A stretch of 248,000 nt of DNA from Octopus vulgaris (GCA_951406725.2 OX597817.1:87812001-88060000), one strand, 5' to 3'; positions 143,315 through 158,469 are shown, numbered from the stretch's first letter. Notes: a model not told the origin generated them from the sequence alone. Numbers and translations: made by a program.

Positions 143315-145081
143315 GTGAGTTTTGTGTTATTTGCTTGTTTATTTGTTTCCATCTCATGTCTTATTTAATTACATTAATTGAATATATTCAAACTTAATTT
143401 GTTAAATCAAATGTAATACACATACACATATGAACATTTAGGACGGTGCTGACACCATCACCTTTTGAGTTCCTTTCAAAGAACAGCTACTTGTCTTTAT
143501 TTACCTACTCTTCAACCGCTTTCCTCTGACTTCTCCCTGAGTCTTTTTATCAGAAACTCCCATGATCTTCTCTGAACTCACTGACTGAATACCACCCCTG
143601 TATCTAAACCCATGTTCTGCAACAAACCCTCCCCCATTGTGTCAGCTCTATTGTACATTAACCCATCCACCCCTATACTTCAAGCTGAAATGTAGTGCTC
143701 TCTGTACCTTCAACATTATCATACTTTTATCAATATTTACCTGGTTTTGAAGAACCTTTAATCCTTTAGCATTCAACTTATTCTGTCAAATGTAATGCTT
143801 TTTCATTCATACTGTTTTAAATTAATCATAGCTTTGAAATTGTGATATTTAGAATGGCATTGAAGGGTAGGTGTAACAGGCTGGATCTAGCTGATTAGAA
143901 CATAAAACAGGCAGCATATTTGTACCAGATGTGGCCAGTTTAAATGCTAAAGGGTTAAATGCTATGGCCCTTCCATTGCCTTATTCAAATGATAACATAT
144001 TTTTAACACCATTATTTTCTAAAGTAATTGATGTATTTTTCAAATCTTAATGTTTTCATTAAGATTTTAAAATATATTTTACAACTCTATGCTCTTCATA
144101 ACATCAGTCACTTCAACAAATAAATAAGAAGGGTTCTTATGCAAAGTTTGCTTGACCTTCTCAAAAAGCAGTCAATTCTCCTTCAAATTATGCTCTACTA
144201 CCATAAAAGGAAGAAAGAAATTGTCAAGTGATACAATTGTAAATACTCTGTATCTGGTAGCTACATGGGATACAGTCATCCTACATACAGTCATGGGATA
144301 CAGTCATCCTATAGGGAACACATTGATCATGATATCCAACACTTTAGGTATATATCAATAATGTGCTACGATGATGATGATGATGTGCTACATGTAGGTG
144401 ACACACTGATAATGTTGTCCCACATGTGGGAGACACTTTGATAACATTGTTCTACACAGACAAGACACATTGATAATGTATTACATATATCATGGGTTCA
144501 CATTGATATTATCCTACATGTACTATGGAGAATACATTGACAAGATTGTCCTGTATATAGTATGACTCAATTAATGACAGGAGGGGCACAGCTGAAATAC
144601 CTTTAATTATAGGCCTGCTCATTCAGAGCTTACCTGATATTAAACAATAACAACCACATATAGAACTCAATGTTCAATGATGTTCATAGTGATTAGTAAT
144701 GTAATGTACCAGAGGGAAAGCTTCAGTGAGATTGCTCAATCTGCTAGTAACAGTAGTCGGAGCTCCTTTAAATCACATCAATATCTTTTGAAAAAAAATA
144801 AATAGACAGACTCAATGGATTATGAAGTCTTAGATACACTATGTTCTAAAAAAAACAAAAGTGGATTGGTCACAACTGGAATACTTTTGGTTATTATTCT
144901 ACTTGATTCAGGCTGAGTTGAGTTCAAGCAAATGCTGTGTCAGAGGCTAAACTCACAAACCACAACACACACACACACCGCACAACTACTTGTTCTTCAG
145001 TTGATGGTATTAGACCATTGCAACATTTATCAACTTTCAACATTACTGCCTTGTCTCTCTCCCTCTGTCTCTGTCTGTCTA

Positions 145082-145120
<39 letters not shown>

Positions 145121-147330
145121 CCCTCCCTCTCCTTCTCTCTCTCGGTCTCTCTCTCTCTTCCTTTCTCCCCCTCCCCCTCTCTCTACAAACATCATTAATA
145201 CTGTCAGAATATCAACAGATATTTCTACTGTTTAACTCAATTATGTACTTCTGATTCACAATTTTCTAACCACAGTGACAAAGACATAGTGTGTGTGTGT
145301 GTGTGTTGTGTGCGTGTTGTCTGTGGTGTATGTACGTATGTGTGCCGTTGTAACTAACCAAATTACCATCATTGCTGACTATTTGTCACTCTGTTGCAGA
145401 AATATTACTGATGTCTCTGTGGTATTGTATGAGTGTTATTGTGAATGTTTATGTTGCTGTGAGTGGAAGCATGTGTTTCTTGTCAAAGGTGTGTGTGTTT
145501 GTATTTTCATTGTATGTTTGTGTGTGTATGTGTGTTGCCATGTGAGCATGTGTGTCTCTGTGTTGTTAAAGTGTGTTTGCATCTCATTGTATGTTTGCAC
145601 ATGTGTTTTTATGTAAATTTGCAGGCAATGGTAAATAGCAGGTAAGCTCCAACAAACCAAGTCTACAACTCACTTTTCATTCTCATTTCTTTTCACTTTA
145701 CATTACTAATGTTCTTCAGAAAAATGACCCTAAGAATGACAGATCTAAAAATCATGTTTTTTTTTTTTTAGCTTCATATTCATTACAAAAAAAGAAAACT
145801 CATCATCAACTTAATGTCCACTTTTCCAAACCAGCATGAGGCAGATAGAATTTGTTGAGGCAAATTTTCTATGGCTGTATGCCCTTCTTGTTGCCAACCC
145901 TTACTTGTTTCCAAACAAAGTAATATTTCCCCATGGACATACATGTAATTCACAGATTGGAAACAAACATCAGTTGTAGGAAGGTGATATTGTCAATGCA
146001 AGAGGGGACAAACACACACACACATACATATACATGAAGGGCTTTTTTTCAGTTTCAATCTACCAAGCCCGCTTACAAAATTTTGGTTGACCCAGGCCTA
146101 TAGTAGAAGACACTTGTCTGAGGTGCTTCAGAAAAATAAATAAAAAAAAGAAGACTTTTTTTCCTACTTCATACTTCTCTGGAAAAAAAAAACAACCAAG
146201 ACATTTAATCCTGCGAAGATGCCATGTGTCAGAGACATAGCATGCCAGCTCCAAAAGTTTATTGTATGTATAAAGGTTGTAAGTTGCCAAAATTGTGCAG
146301 TGCCAGACTAAGATATGTACTGTATTTAATGATATCTCCCAACATCCTTAAGTAAAATCTTTCCACAGTTGGCTTCTGTGGAATTGTTATGTACCAGTAA
146401 TATATCACACTCTTCACCTTCAAACTATAGCATTGGGCCAAGTCAAAATGGATTTATGTGTGTGTTGTTGAGGTCATAAGAACTTATAAACTCCTAAGAG
146501 TGCATGAAATAATTATTTTTGAAATATTGGCTCACAAAGCACATCACATAAAGCTATAAATAACAGCATACAAACATTGGGTTGGAAAACCTTTTTAGAA
146601 AGAAAAAGTCAAAGCAGCCATCAACATTTTCTAACATAAAACAGATTACCCTCTCTCTCTCCCCCTCTCTCTCTCTCTCTCTCTCTCGACAAACATCATT
146701 AATACTGTTATTTCTAGTGGAGGGCTTTGCTCAGTAGTTAGAGTGTTGGGATCACAATCATGAGCTACTGAGTTTGATTCCTGAACCAGGTTATGTGTTG
146801 TGTTCTTGAGCAGGACACTTTATTTCATGTTGCTCCATTTCACTCAGCTGTAGAAATGAGTTGCAATGTCACAGGTGCCTTTGCCTTGCTCTTGGTGACA
146901 TGGAGAGGGAGGACTGGTATGCACAGGCGACTGCTGGTCTTCCATAAACAACCTTACACCCAGACTTGTGCCTTGGAGGAGGACTTTCTAGGTGCAATCC
147001 CATGGTCATTCAGGACTTAGGGGAGTCTTTACCCCCTGATTACCCATTTTATAAATATTGGGTTGGAAACCCTTTTGGAAAGAAAAAAAATCAAATGGCC
147101 ATCAACATTTTCTATCCAAAAAAGGATTACTGCCCTTCCTCCCTCCTTCTCTCTCTCTCTTTTGACAAATACCATTAATCTATCAGACCCTTATGTTTAT
147201 TTAGGTGCTATTTCAACCTAATATTTTTTTACATGCTATTATTTATACCTTAATTTATGTGTGTCCAAACATGTGATCATAACCCATATCTCACCTTATC
147301 ATAACTCTGTTATTATTAATTATTCTTCAG

Positions 147331-147408
147331 TGAACCAGCAACTTCTAGAACGAACTATATTAGTGCTACTAGAATCTACTACAACTGAAGTATCTCAGAC
147401 AATATCAG
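147331..147408 (+). CDS. TBC1D32: TBC1D32 exon
   Basis: cttcag/gtttgt; NQQLLERTILVLLESTTTEVSQTIS; phase 1-1. Confidence 0.75.
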
Positions 147409-147849
147409 GTTTGTTGAGTTAATTCCCAGTTTTTAATTTATGTATTAATTTGATTTTTTTTCTTTCTATTTAAGTTTCATCTGAGTGTCTTACCATTACT
147501 TGTTCTCAGCTGTCAGTGTTTCATATTTCCACTATGTCAGATTTTAGCTCAGTCTTTATTATTATTGTCGTCGTTGGCGGCGGCGTTATTATTATTTTTG
147601 TTGTTGTTGTTGTTATTATTTTTGTTGTTGTTGTTATCATCAAGGTAAGACATGTTTTTCTGAGCTCTGTCAGTTTGAAATTTGTTGTTATTTTTTCAAG
147701 TTTATTGACTGTTTGTATGTTGGTTTTTGCTTTCTGAACCCCTTTTGGTGTGCATAAGGGGTTCTTTTGTTGAAAATTTCCCTCTTTTAGGGGTGAATTT
147801 CAGACTTTTTGTCCATTTAAAAAACATTTTATTTTTTCGTTTGACAAAA

Positions 147850-150800
147850 AAAAATAAAACAAGATAGCTTCTTCTGTTGAGGGGAGTGGCAGTGGCTGTT
147901 CTGACAATCAAGATTTCCCCCCCTCTAAGCAGCACAATCACGAGCAGCAATGCCAACACCACCAACCACAACAACAAGGAAAATATAGCAAACCAAGAAA
148001 TTGTTCCTGAAAAAGAGAAGGAGGAAGAAAGAAAAGAAACAAAAAAGAATGACACTGACACCACAAACACAAACAGCAAATCTAGTGGCAACGGCTTCGC
148101 CTAAGCAGCAAAGCAGACAAAAGAGTTGTTGAATTTAACAAAAAATGAACTACAAAATGCAAAGGAGTTGTTAATGAAGGAAGGAAACAATGTCTTCCTT
148201 AACACTCCTCAGGAATTAATCAAGGAGATGGATTGAAAATCAGTAATATACAGAGTTTTAAACATCAAGAAGAAAAGGGTAGAATGAGCCAGCCAACAAT
148301 AGTTGAAAATGGCTCTCAGACCGATTTGGACCAACAAAACCTATGTGACAAGAGGAAAGTGCTTCAACACAGTGGAAGTGTATTTTGCAACAGAGAATAA
148401 AGCCACCATTCGGTCTTTGGTGGACCAGAAGGGATGCATGGTGTTCAAGCCAAAACAGATGTGTGCGGCTTTTCAGTGCACTTCGCTCGATTGTTCGGGA
148501 TGAATGGTGGGATGGATAATAGGCAGACTTCGGTGTTTACCACGACTCTTGACAAGCAATGCGGAGTGCTGTGAAAGGCCAATAACAACCGCAGAAATAC
148601 AGCAAGCAATTAAAAGTTGCATGAGAGGTAGATTACCAGGTTTGGATGGTCTGCTCTACAAGTTTTATACTTCAATGCCAGACTTGTTTGTGAGTTTCTT
148701 AGCAAACATCTACTGCAACTGGCAGCAAAACGGGAGAATTTCCACTTTTGTCTGTCGAGGGGTAGTGGTACTACTAAGAAAGAACCCAAACAAGGAGGAT
148801 GTTATAGAGAATTTCAGGCCCTTCACTGATCAATGCAGAGTTGAATATTTTGGCCAAGGTGTTAGCCAAGAGGCTGGTGCTTGTCGTGGACAAACTGGTT
148901 GGCAAGGTGTAAACTTGCACCATCCCAACCAGGAGTGTTCACGATAACCTCCATCTTCTGCGCTACATCATAGAGAGGGTGGGTAACGAAGCTGCCATGG
149001 GTGGGGCTCTGATCAATTTAGATCAATTTAAAGCTTTTGATAGTGTTGACCATCAATACTTGGGAGCTGTCCTTAGGGCTGCCGGTTTCAGTGCAGTTTT
149101 CTGCAGTTAGGTTGCTGCTTTATACAGTGGCATCTGCTCTGTTGTTTGGGTGAATGGTCAGAGTCATTCAGCATCTTGCATTTGGTCTGTGAAGGGTACC
149201 CTCTCTCCCCTCTTCTCTATGTACTGACTCTTGAGCCATTACTGTGGAATTTGGAGGCTTTGAGGGGTATTCCGTATGATCTAGGATGTGGGAGAAGTGT
149301 GTCTGCTTATGCTGATGACGTCACTGTCATAGTGTCAAACCACAGACATATAGATCTGATTGGTGAAACACTACCGGAATATGAAGCAGTGACAGAAGCT
149401 AAAATTAATGCGGAAAAGTCAGTGGGCTTGCAACCTGGCATCTGGAGAGGTAAGTCCATGTCATCCAACAACATAGTGGGGCACTGGACAGACAGTCCCA
149501 TTAAGTTGCTCAGAGTTTGGTTTGGACTCCCAGGTGGAGAAGAACTGGGATAAGGTGATGAGCAGGGTGGCCAATCTCACCCAGAAATGGGCTGAGAGAA
149601 AGCTGTCCCTGAAAAGTCAAGCGGGGGTGGTGAATACATACATCGCATCCATCATCTATTACTGCTTGACTGTCATCCCTTGCCCTGTTTGCTGGTTGAC
149701 CAAGCTGGTGCACTTACTCTTCCGCTTTCTGCAGAAGGGGCATGTTCCACTGGTCAGGCACTCCATCTGCTGTCAACAGCTGCTGAATGGAGGGCTGGAT
149801 TTGCTGATGTGCAGACATGTGCTGAGGTTGCGGCATCTCCAGCATTTCCTTGACGATGAGCAGGTGTGGTCGCTGTTTGCAAGACACGCTATTCCACAGC
149901 TCGTCTCTTTGACTGAGTTGCAATCCCAAATTAGGGTAGACTGAGGAGGGGTGCTTAACACTTCGAATGCCATCAGGTGCTCACAGCCCTCTGCCAAGTG
150001 GGCAATGCGGTCAAGTGGGTAATGCCAAGTGGGCAATGTGGTCATTGGTAGTTCTACTCTAGTGTTCTGTAGAGAGCTAGTGGAGGGAAAGTGTGATGAT
150101 GTTTTCAGAGAAATTCTGTGCATCGATGAAGATCAACTAACCAGTCTGTTTTGGAGAACTTTCATACCTGGGCCTATGGATAACTTCCAGAAATCCCTTA
150201 CCTGGCAGTGCTACTGAGGGGCGCTGCCTGTTCGAGATAAACTTTCCAGGCACAGAAGTGCTGTCAGCCAGGCCTGTCTGGAGTGCGCCCAGAACAATGA
150301 AATCATTCTGCACACCCTAGTCAAGTGCCCGAGTATTGCTGTCCTGTGGGTTTATGTCGAACACCTGCTGTTGCATGTAGGACGAATCCAGCTATCAGCT
150401 GAATCCATTGTGAAGGTTGCCCTGCTGCCCTCTTTTGGCTGGGAGGGGAAAGCAATTTTTATTTGTCTAGTGGCTGTAGCGAAAGAGGCAGTATGGTGGA
150501 CCTGTTTGAAAGGGTTAAAGACAGGCACTTTGCTCTTTGACCAAGCCCTCATCAACTTCTTCAAGTTTCACTTGAAAAGGAAGTTGAGGGTGGATAGGGA
150601 AGTGTTGCCTTGTAGCAAGTTTGTTGAAAGGTAGGTGAATGTTGGAAGAATGGCCAGTGTGAAAGGACCAATTCTGAGCGTGGACCTGTAAATTAAAGGA
150701 GAAGGGCTCTTGCCCTGTTCAGACACCCGTGACTTTTGTGGGTTTTTTCACAGGGTCCTTATTGTGCTTCCCCTATTGGGAGTTTTCAGTTGTTTAATTT

Positions 150801-150925
150801 TTAATCGCTATTTATAATATTTACACGTTGTAAAATCCGTTGTATCATCCTGTTTTTGTCTTTTATGTTGTTGTATGTCTTTTAATGTAATTTTATGTAA
150901 GCCCTTGTGGCTAATAAACGAATTT
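147850..150925 (+). mobile_element. Degenerate Tx1/L1-clade LINE
   Basis: ITTAEIQQAIKSCMRGRLPGLDGL, GYPLSPLLYVLTLEPLL, SAYADDVTV, QKSLTWQCY; ends gcccttgtggctaataaa followed by (gct/gtt)n. Confidence 0.88.
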
Positions 150926-151296
150926 GCTGCTGCTGCTGCTGCTGCTGCTGTTGTTGTTGTTGTTGTTGTTGTTGTTGCTGCTGCTGCTGTTGTTGTTGTT
151001 GTTGTTACTTTTTATTTGAAGTTTGTTACAATCACTCGCTGAGACACATCCAGCATCCTAGGGCAAGTGAAGGATAAGAGATGTTAAAGTATAACTGAAA
151101 GCTTGGGGAGGGGAATTGGCAGGGGCAGTAGTGAAATATCCCCATGTAATAAGTCAAAATTATTATTATTAAAGTCAAAATTAAAAGAAGAGTGCCATTG
151201 TCATCTAGTGAATGATATTTCAACATCTTGTGTGTCTTATTATTATTATTATATAATTATTATCTTTTCAATAATATTTTCTTTCTCTCCTTACAG

Positions 151297-151351
151297 ATTT
151301 TTGTCCTAATCTGTCTCCACAGCAACTTCATGGTATTAAATTAGCCATTCG
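151297..151351 (+). CDS. TBC1D32: TBC1D32 exon
   Basis: ttacag/gtaaat; FCPNLSPQQLHGIKLAI(R); phase 1-2. Confidence 0.87.
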
Positions 151352-152961
151352 GTAAATATACAGCAGTCTTTATCATCCCAGTACTGTCCGTTTATAATAT
151401 TATTTCACAATTATTTCTGAATACCAGCAATTAGCTTTATGTATCTTTGGACTTTTTGTCATTTGTCAGTGGTATTGTTGAGACAATAAGTTCTTCAATT
151501 CTTGTGTCCGACTTCAATTAACCTCTTCCCAGACAGTGCCTTTCATAGCTGATAAACCCTAAGCACATGCATCATAGTTTTTGACGATACCTGTTGTAGA
151601 TATTGCTTCAACATTGCTCAATATTTACATATAATTTATAACTATATAGCCTTCAACTACTACTTATTTAATAATCTAAATAAATTACATAACAAACCAG
151701 TTTATTATATGTTCATTAGTAATTTTCTATATAATTACATATATTATTCTTAAAGATTTGTTTTAAACAAATCTTGTAAAAACAACAAAGATAATTAAAC
151801 ATACTTCTGCCTCAACATTGTAGAGCAATGAGGCAGAAGTGTCTATCACTGTTGTACACTTATGATTTTGTCTTGCCTCCTACCCATGTTCAATGCGGAT
151901 GTCTTCGAAAACTTTGGCTCCTCTGTGCACAGCTGATCTCCACTTGCTGTGGTCCTTTGCTGACTCTTTCTATTTTTCTTCATAAATGGAGAACTCTTTC
152001 AATGTAATTCTACATTAATCCTTAAAGCACAGCTTTGGATGTCCTATACTCCTTCTTTCATTTGCTAATTCTCTATACAACTCTTGTCATCCATTTGTGT
152101 AACATACCCTAGCCATCTGAGTTGTCTGGATCTAAGTATGGAGTAGACTCCAGAGCATTTCTATGCCGGGAATTTTGCCTTGCTATCTAATGCTGAGAAT
152201 CCTCCTAACTTGAGGTCAATTTGTTTCATTGCTGCCTACCAGTAATACGTTAGTTTTAATTTAGTCAATTAACACCAGTCCTTTTCAAACATGGGCCTAA
152301 TGAATGATAAAAAAGTCAATACATTGTCGAAAACAAATATAATGTGTACAGTTTCTATATTCTGTACACATATTTATTAAATGCTGGAAGCAGAAATAAA
152401 ATGTGTAGTTTATATATTCTGCACACCAAGCTTCTAAAATCTTATTATTTTAATTAATGATTCACATACAAATAGTGTAATAATGCCAGACTTTCAAACA
152501 GTATCACAAAGAATAGCCAAATCATTGGGAAACATAGACTTTGGAAATATTTTTTCTCTCAAGGGAATAATTGTTATTTGTTTTCAGCACTCAGCAAACT
152601 TCTAAGAGTCCATTTTCAAAGAATATTCCAAAATCCCCAAAAGTTTACATTATTGACGTTAACTGCTATACTGAATGGTGTGAATTGGAAGCGATGATTG
152701 GTGAGAAATGACTACTTAGATTAAAATATGAATGATTTGCTTCTAGAGCAACATTTACATCCAATCGTAGATTAAATTTGTGTTCAAATTCTATTTATCA
152801 ACACCACCATCATCAATGTTTAATGAACCAAATATAAATCAAATAAAGATGTGATGCAATTTATTTCAGTGACAAAAATAAGGACAGGGTAAATTTGGTA
152901 ATGATATATTTCTATGCTGTCTGCAATTCTTTTTATCATTAATCTTATTGTTTTGTTTCAG

Positions 152962-153080
152962 ATATGGAGAAAGTCTGGGATTATTATCAGAAGATGTCGA
153001 TAATGCTGGAAATCTTGAATGGCTTTTAAATCAAGTCTCAGCATTGCTACAAGCAAAACAGCAGCTACATTGCAAACTTA
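152962..153080 (+). CDS. TBC1D32: TBC1D32 exon (weak donor)
   Basis: tttcag/gtatcc; YGESLGLLSEDVDNAGNLEWLLNQVSALLQAKQQLHCKL; phase 2-1. The 3' end is inferred from phase and an in-frame TAA just downstream. Confidence 0.78.
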
Positions 153081-153819
153081 GTATCCTTTAATTATCGGTA
153101 GAATTAGTAAAGTAGAGAATGACCAAACCTGGTTCTGCCATTAAGAAGTTCTCTTCACAAATTTGGGATTCTGGGTTCAATCACACTGCACAGCTCATTG
153201 GCAAAGTTTCTTCTGCCATAGCTTTTGGCTGACCAAAACTCTGTCGGTGAAATTTGGTAAACAAACTGTGTGAAAGTTTACCATTTGCACACACACACAC
153301 ACATTTTTTAGCTGTAAAGCTACATAAGTGGCTCAAAGGCTGAGAGTTTCATTGTGGAACTTTCTTTTTGCATATTGAATTCTGTTTCTTCTATTTATGC
153401 CACCAAACCTCTGTGTATGTGTGTGTGTGTGTGTGTGTGTGCATGAATATATATGTGTGTGTGTGTGTGTATTTGCCACCATGGAAATCACTAGTCAATC
153501 AGTATTCTGGACAAAGGTTTCCTGTGGTTTCACTTGACCTGAATTGCTCAGGCACTAACTTGTTGCTTGTGCTACTGGAAAATGCTGATGAATCTTTGAT
153601 TGGCCTATTGAATATCTATAACCAGTGGTGTTACTAATCACAAAATACAAAATATAAATGAATAAGCATCTAAAATTTGGTAATATTTAGTCTGAATCAG
153701 GCATTGAGAAAAAGGACTGTGTATGTGCTGTTTTGCTTTTAATCCAAGTTTGTGATAATTATATGGATAATACCATACTAAATTCTGGTGCCTTTAACTT
153801 AAGTACCATATTCATCTGA

Positions 153820-153874
<55 letters not shown>

Positions 153875-154186
153875 ACCCCCTTCGGTGACGACACAGACCA
153901 TGGGATTGCACCTAGAAAGTTACCCTCCTAGACACAAGTCCGGGCGAGGTTGTTTTTATGGAAGACCAGCAGTCGCCCATGCATACCAGCCTCCCCTCTC
154001 CACGCCACCAGTGTTATCCAAGGGAAAGACAAAGGTCGATACAGCTTGGCACCAGTGACGTTGCAACTCATTTCTACAGCTGAGTGAACTGGAGCAACAT
154101 GAAATAAGTGCCTTGCTCAAGAACACAACATGCAGCCCGGTCCGGGGTTCGAGCTCGACGCTCTAACTACTGAGCCATGCGCCTTC

Positions 154187-154190
<4 letters not shown>
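153875..154190 (-). mobile_element. tRNA-derived SINE (ctagaaagttaccc family)
   Basis: Head gaaggcgcatggctcagtagttagag on the - strand; many copies (e.g. 45985, 66895, 96520, 142780). Confidence 0.75.
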
Positions 154191-154221
<31 letters not shown>

Positions 154222-156376
154222 TACAAAGCGAATGTACACGAAGTACGATCATTGTTAGAAATAGCAGCTGGTAAGTTATCAGTGCTTTGTATTTATAATT
154301 CTACCTTTTATGGTGCTTTATTCATGCTGGATAGTAATATTATTATTTTTAATAATATTTTTATGTCTTGCATGTCTTTTCACTGATCTCGGTTCGAATT
154401 TTGACTGGGGTTTGCAACCAAGTAAACAGGCAGAGATATACTCTTTTACTCTTTTACTTGTTTCAGTCATTTGACTGTGGCCATGCTGGAGCAACGCCTT
154501 TAGCCGAGCAAATTGACCCCAGGACTTGTTCTTTGGAAGCCTAGTACTTATTCTATTGGTCTCTTTTGCCGAACCGCTAGGTTACAGGGACATAAACACA
154601 CCATCATCGGTTGTCAAGCGACGTTGGGGGACAAACACATACACACACACATACATATATATATTCATATATACGACGGGCTTCTTTCCGTTTCCCTCTA
154701 CCAAATCCACTCACAATTTTTGGTCAGCCCGAGGCTATAGTAGAAGACACTTGCCCAAGGTGCCACGTAGTGGAACTGAACCTACAACCATGTGGTTGGT
154801 AAGCAAGCTACTTACCACACAGCCATTCCTAAACCTTTCTGTAGAGATATTCTTAAGTAATCAGATTTGATTTGAAAGATTATTAATCCCATACTACTTT
154901 TGGTGTAGATAAACAAGGGTTAAGAGGATGTTTGACTTTGAAGTGTGTGACTTTGTAGATACATGATGGTTAATTAGATGTGTGACTTTAGTGTATAAAC
155001 ACAATGACTAATTACATGTGTGAGTTTGATATATAATAAACACAATTATAGTTGCAGGCATGGCTGTGTGGTTAGAAGCTTGCTTCCCAACAATATGGTT
155101 CAAGGTTCAGTCCCACTGTGTGATATGTTGGGAAAGTGTCTTCTACTATAGTCTCAGGCTGACCAAAGCTTTGTGAATGGATTTGGTAGACGGAAGCTGA
155201 AACAATCCTGTCATGTATATCTTTGTGTCTGGCCCCACCACCATTGCTTGACAACTAGTGTTGGTTTGTTTACATCCCCATAACTTAGTAGTTCAGCAAA
155301 AGAAACCAATACAATAAGTAACATGCTTTTAAAAATATAAGTACTGGTGTTAGTACATTTGACTAAAACATTCTTCATGGTGTTCCCCCAGCATGGCTGC
155401 AATCTAATGACTGAAAGAGGTAAAAGATAAATAACTAATTAAGTGTGTGACTTTGTAGCTACACAATCATTAGCCACATGTGAGTCTTTGGTGTATAAAT
155501 ACAATAGCTAATTAGTTGTGTGACGTTTTGGATTCACACTAATTAGATGTGTCACTGGTGTATAGACACAATTAGATGTGTGAATTTAGTGTACAGAATC
155601 TCTTGGAGTCTTGAAAATATTTAGTTTAGAATCACTTGGAATATGGGAGACTTTTAAATGTTTTACTTCTCACATTTCTGTATTAAATAACTGGCTCTTA
155701 GTTTTCATATCCACCTCACTATTCCAATGTGTCGCTAAATAAATACTTGCCCTAATTTACATGAATATCAGTAAAATTTACCTGTAACAGACATTTCTTG
155801 ATGAGTAGATTAACATTGTTTCTCATCGAATCTAGTTTTATGAGAGTGAGATGTTTAGAAAAGTAAGTAGCTATATCCTTTTCAGCGCTTGAAGTAGTTA
155901 CAGTGTGTAATTCATCTTTCAAGAATTTGTAATCTTTGAAATCAAAAAAGATTATAAATATCAACATCAGTTGGAATACAAAAGTATTGAAATCTATAAA
156001 AATGAAAGAAAACTATTATGCTTGATGAATATCAAAGAAAACTAATTTATAGGTAACATTTTTCTTGTCTGTTTCTTTCAAGTGATAGCTTTGTGGTGTT
156101 TTGTCGCATTTTAGTATGCAGGTAGTTTGCTGGTGACTATGTAAACAAAACTATCACGTAATTACAGCTGTAACGGAAACCATATTCACATGAAGCTATT
156201 ATGCTAAAACCAATGTTTACCTTTTAGTTATTTCAAAGAAACCAGTTGAAAAGAATTATTTGTGTACCAGATGGGGAATTAAAACGGAATGTATCAAATC
156301 CATGAGGTTACATCACTATTTAAATCTAAATTGTATTTGTACCTTCTTAAAAGAAACATTCCTTAAATGTTACCAG

Positions 156377-156531
156377 AATGTCTTCGAAGTAACTTCAAAG
156401 TGTTTGACTGGTTTGTTGCTTCCATCTACCTCGTATTTCAAGGAAATAAAGAACAAGCTTTGAAGTTATTAACCAATATATCTCGTTTAACAATATCGAA
156501 GTTTCTATGGCCAGTTTATTCTCTAATGGTG
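156377..156531 (+). CDS. TBC1D32: TBC1D32 exon
   Basis: taccag/gtgagt; CLRSNFKVFDWFVASIYLVFQGNKEQALKLLTNISRLTISKFLWPVYSLMV; phase 1-0. Confidence 0.9.
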
Positions 156532-158469
156532 GTGAGTGTTCATTTTCTGTTCATTATATTTCTTTCTGTTTTAAAAATGCAACTAGTTTTTTGTTTTTTT
156601 TTATAAAACTGTGCAAAAATAAAATAATAAACTTAATGCAATATTTTTAACTGCCAATCCATGAAATTAAAGATCTGATGGCAGGAAATTATTTTCGCAT
156701 AATTTTTCATCTCTTTCATAACAAATAGCCTGTTCAGTTTTAGACATAACTGCTCAAACATGCCACAGTACATGATAGGGGTTCTAGTTACTTTGGGATT
156801 TTTTTTTTTTTTTTGCTGTGTTCTAGTAGATTTAAAGACTAAGACCTTTAGAGGAGGTTATTTATTTTTCAAAAGGATTAGCAATATCAGGGAAGTGGAA
156901 GTAGATTTTAATTAAGTATTTAAAAAAAAGGCACTGATTATGAGATTACTCTGTTCATGTTATTAGGAATCATCATCATCAACAGCAGTTAATATCCAGC
157001 ATCCATGTTCACATGGATTAAACAGTTCAACGGGATCTAATGTGTTATTATGCTCCAGTGTCTAGTGTGGCATGGTTTCTACAGCAAGATTCCCTTCCTA
157101 ATGTCAACCTCTTTGCAGTACATACTGGGTGCTTTTTGTGGTGCCAGCACTAGTGAAAATCATCTCATTACTTGCAAGGCTAACGCCCTAAAGTGCTTCT
157201 ATAACTGAACGAGAATAAATGAGAGAGTAGGCAATGATTCTGGGTACATGGCAAGTGATGTAAGATGGTAAATAAAATAAGAAGAGATATATAGTTACAA
157301 AAGACACTAGGAGAGTGAGTAACAGAGGAAAAATATGAAATTTCACTCAGATTTTAAATCAATTGTAATGTGATTTTATTCAAAATAGGCCTTATTATTT
157401 CACAGTAAGTTGATGATATAGGTATTGTTGTTTTATAATGTGACAAAGTTACTGGAGTATTTCTTAGTAAACCTACTAAATGTGTATTTTCCACTGTACT
157501 ACACTCATTAACTCGCTAATATTTATCTACCTATATGTGTATGTGTGTGAGAGTAGTACCTGTATTTCAAAGGGCCCACCTTGTCACACTCTGTGTCATA
157601 CTGAATCTCCCTGAGAACTATGTTAAGGGTACACATGTCCGTGGAGTGCTCAGCCACTTGCATGTTAATTTCATGGGCAAGCTGTTTTGTTGATCATGTC
157701 AGCTGGGACCCTTATCATCATAACCGACAGAGTGCTCCATTTTCCATATATACATATATATATATAGAAATTATGAGTTAGTGGTTATGCAACCGTCTAA
157801 GGGATAAATGTATCTTTAGGCACTACTGGTGCATTACCTATGTATAGGCCTTGCTGTAAGGTAGTTGGTAATTTAAGGGTAAACTTAAAACTTGCAAGAT
157901 AACAATTTACTCAAAGTAGCCACCCGCAGCTTCCACCACGGCCTCAAAACAACTCTGGAATCTGGTGCATACATTCATCACTGATCTTGGCCACCATTTT
158001 GGCCTGTGTTTCAAGCAGAGCAGCTGGCGTCTTTCTTAACCGCACCCAACACAATAGTTACAATCAGGGAAATTGTAGCTGGTGAAATTGTAGAAATTCC
158101 CTGACAACAAATTCTCTGGTCTGGAGGTTTGACCAAGAGCCAAACCCTGCTGCCACACATAATGACTTTCCAGCAGCAACCTCTCTAGGCAGACAGGCAG
158201 GCATAAATGAATGAATGAATGAATCTCATTTTGTAGTAAAATGTCGGGCATGATTTATTAAATGACAATACAGATGTATTGACAAATCTCCTTATACAGA
158301 TGTGGCAAAGAATAGATAAAATTTTGTGGAAATTCTACCATAAGAACAATTTTTAATTGTTCCATGAACAAGCAATTGTTTCCATTCTAATCACATTTCT
158401 ACTAAAATACATCACTCCTACATGTCTATACTTTATTCTAAAAATAAAAGTCATTTCTATAATTCACAG

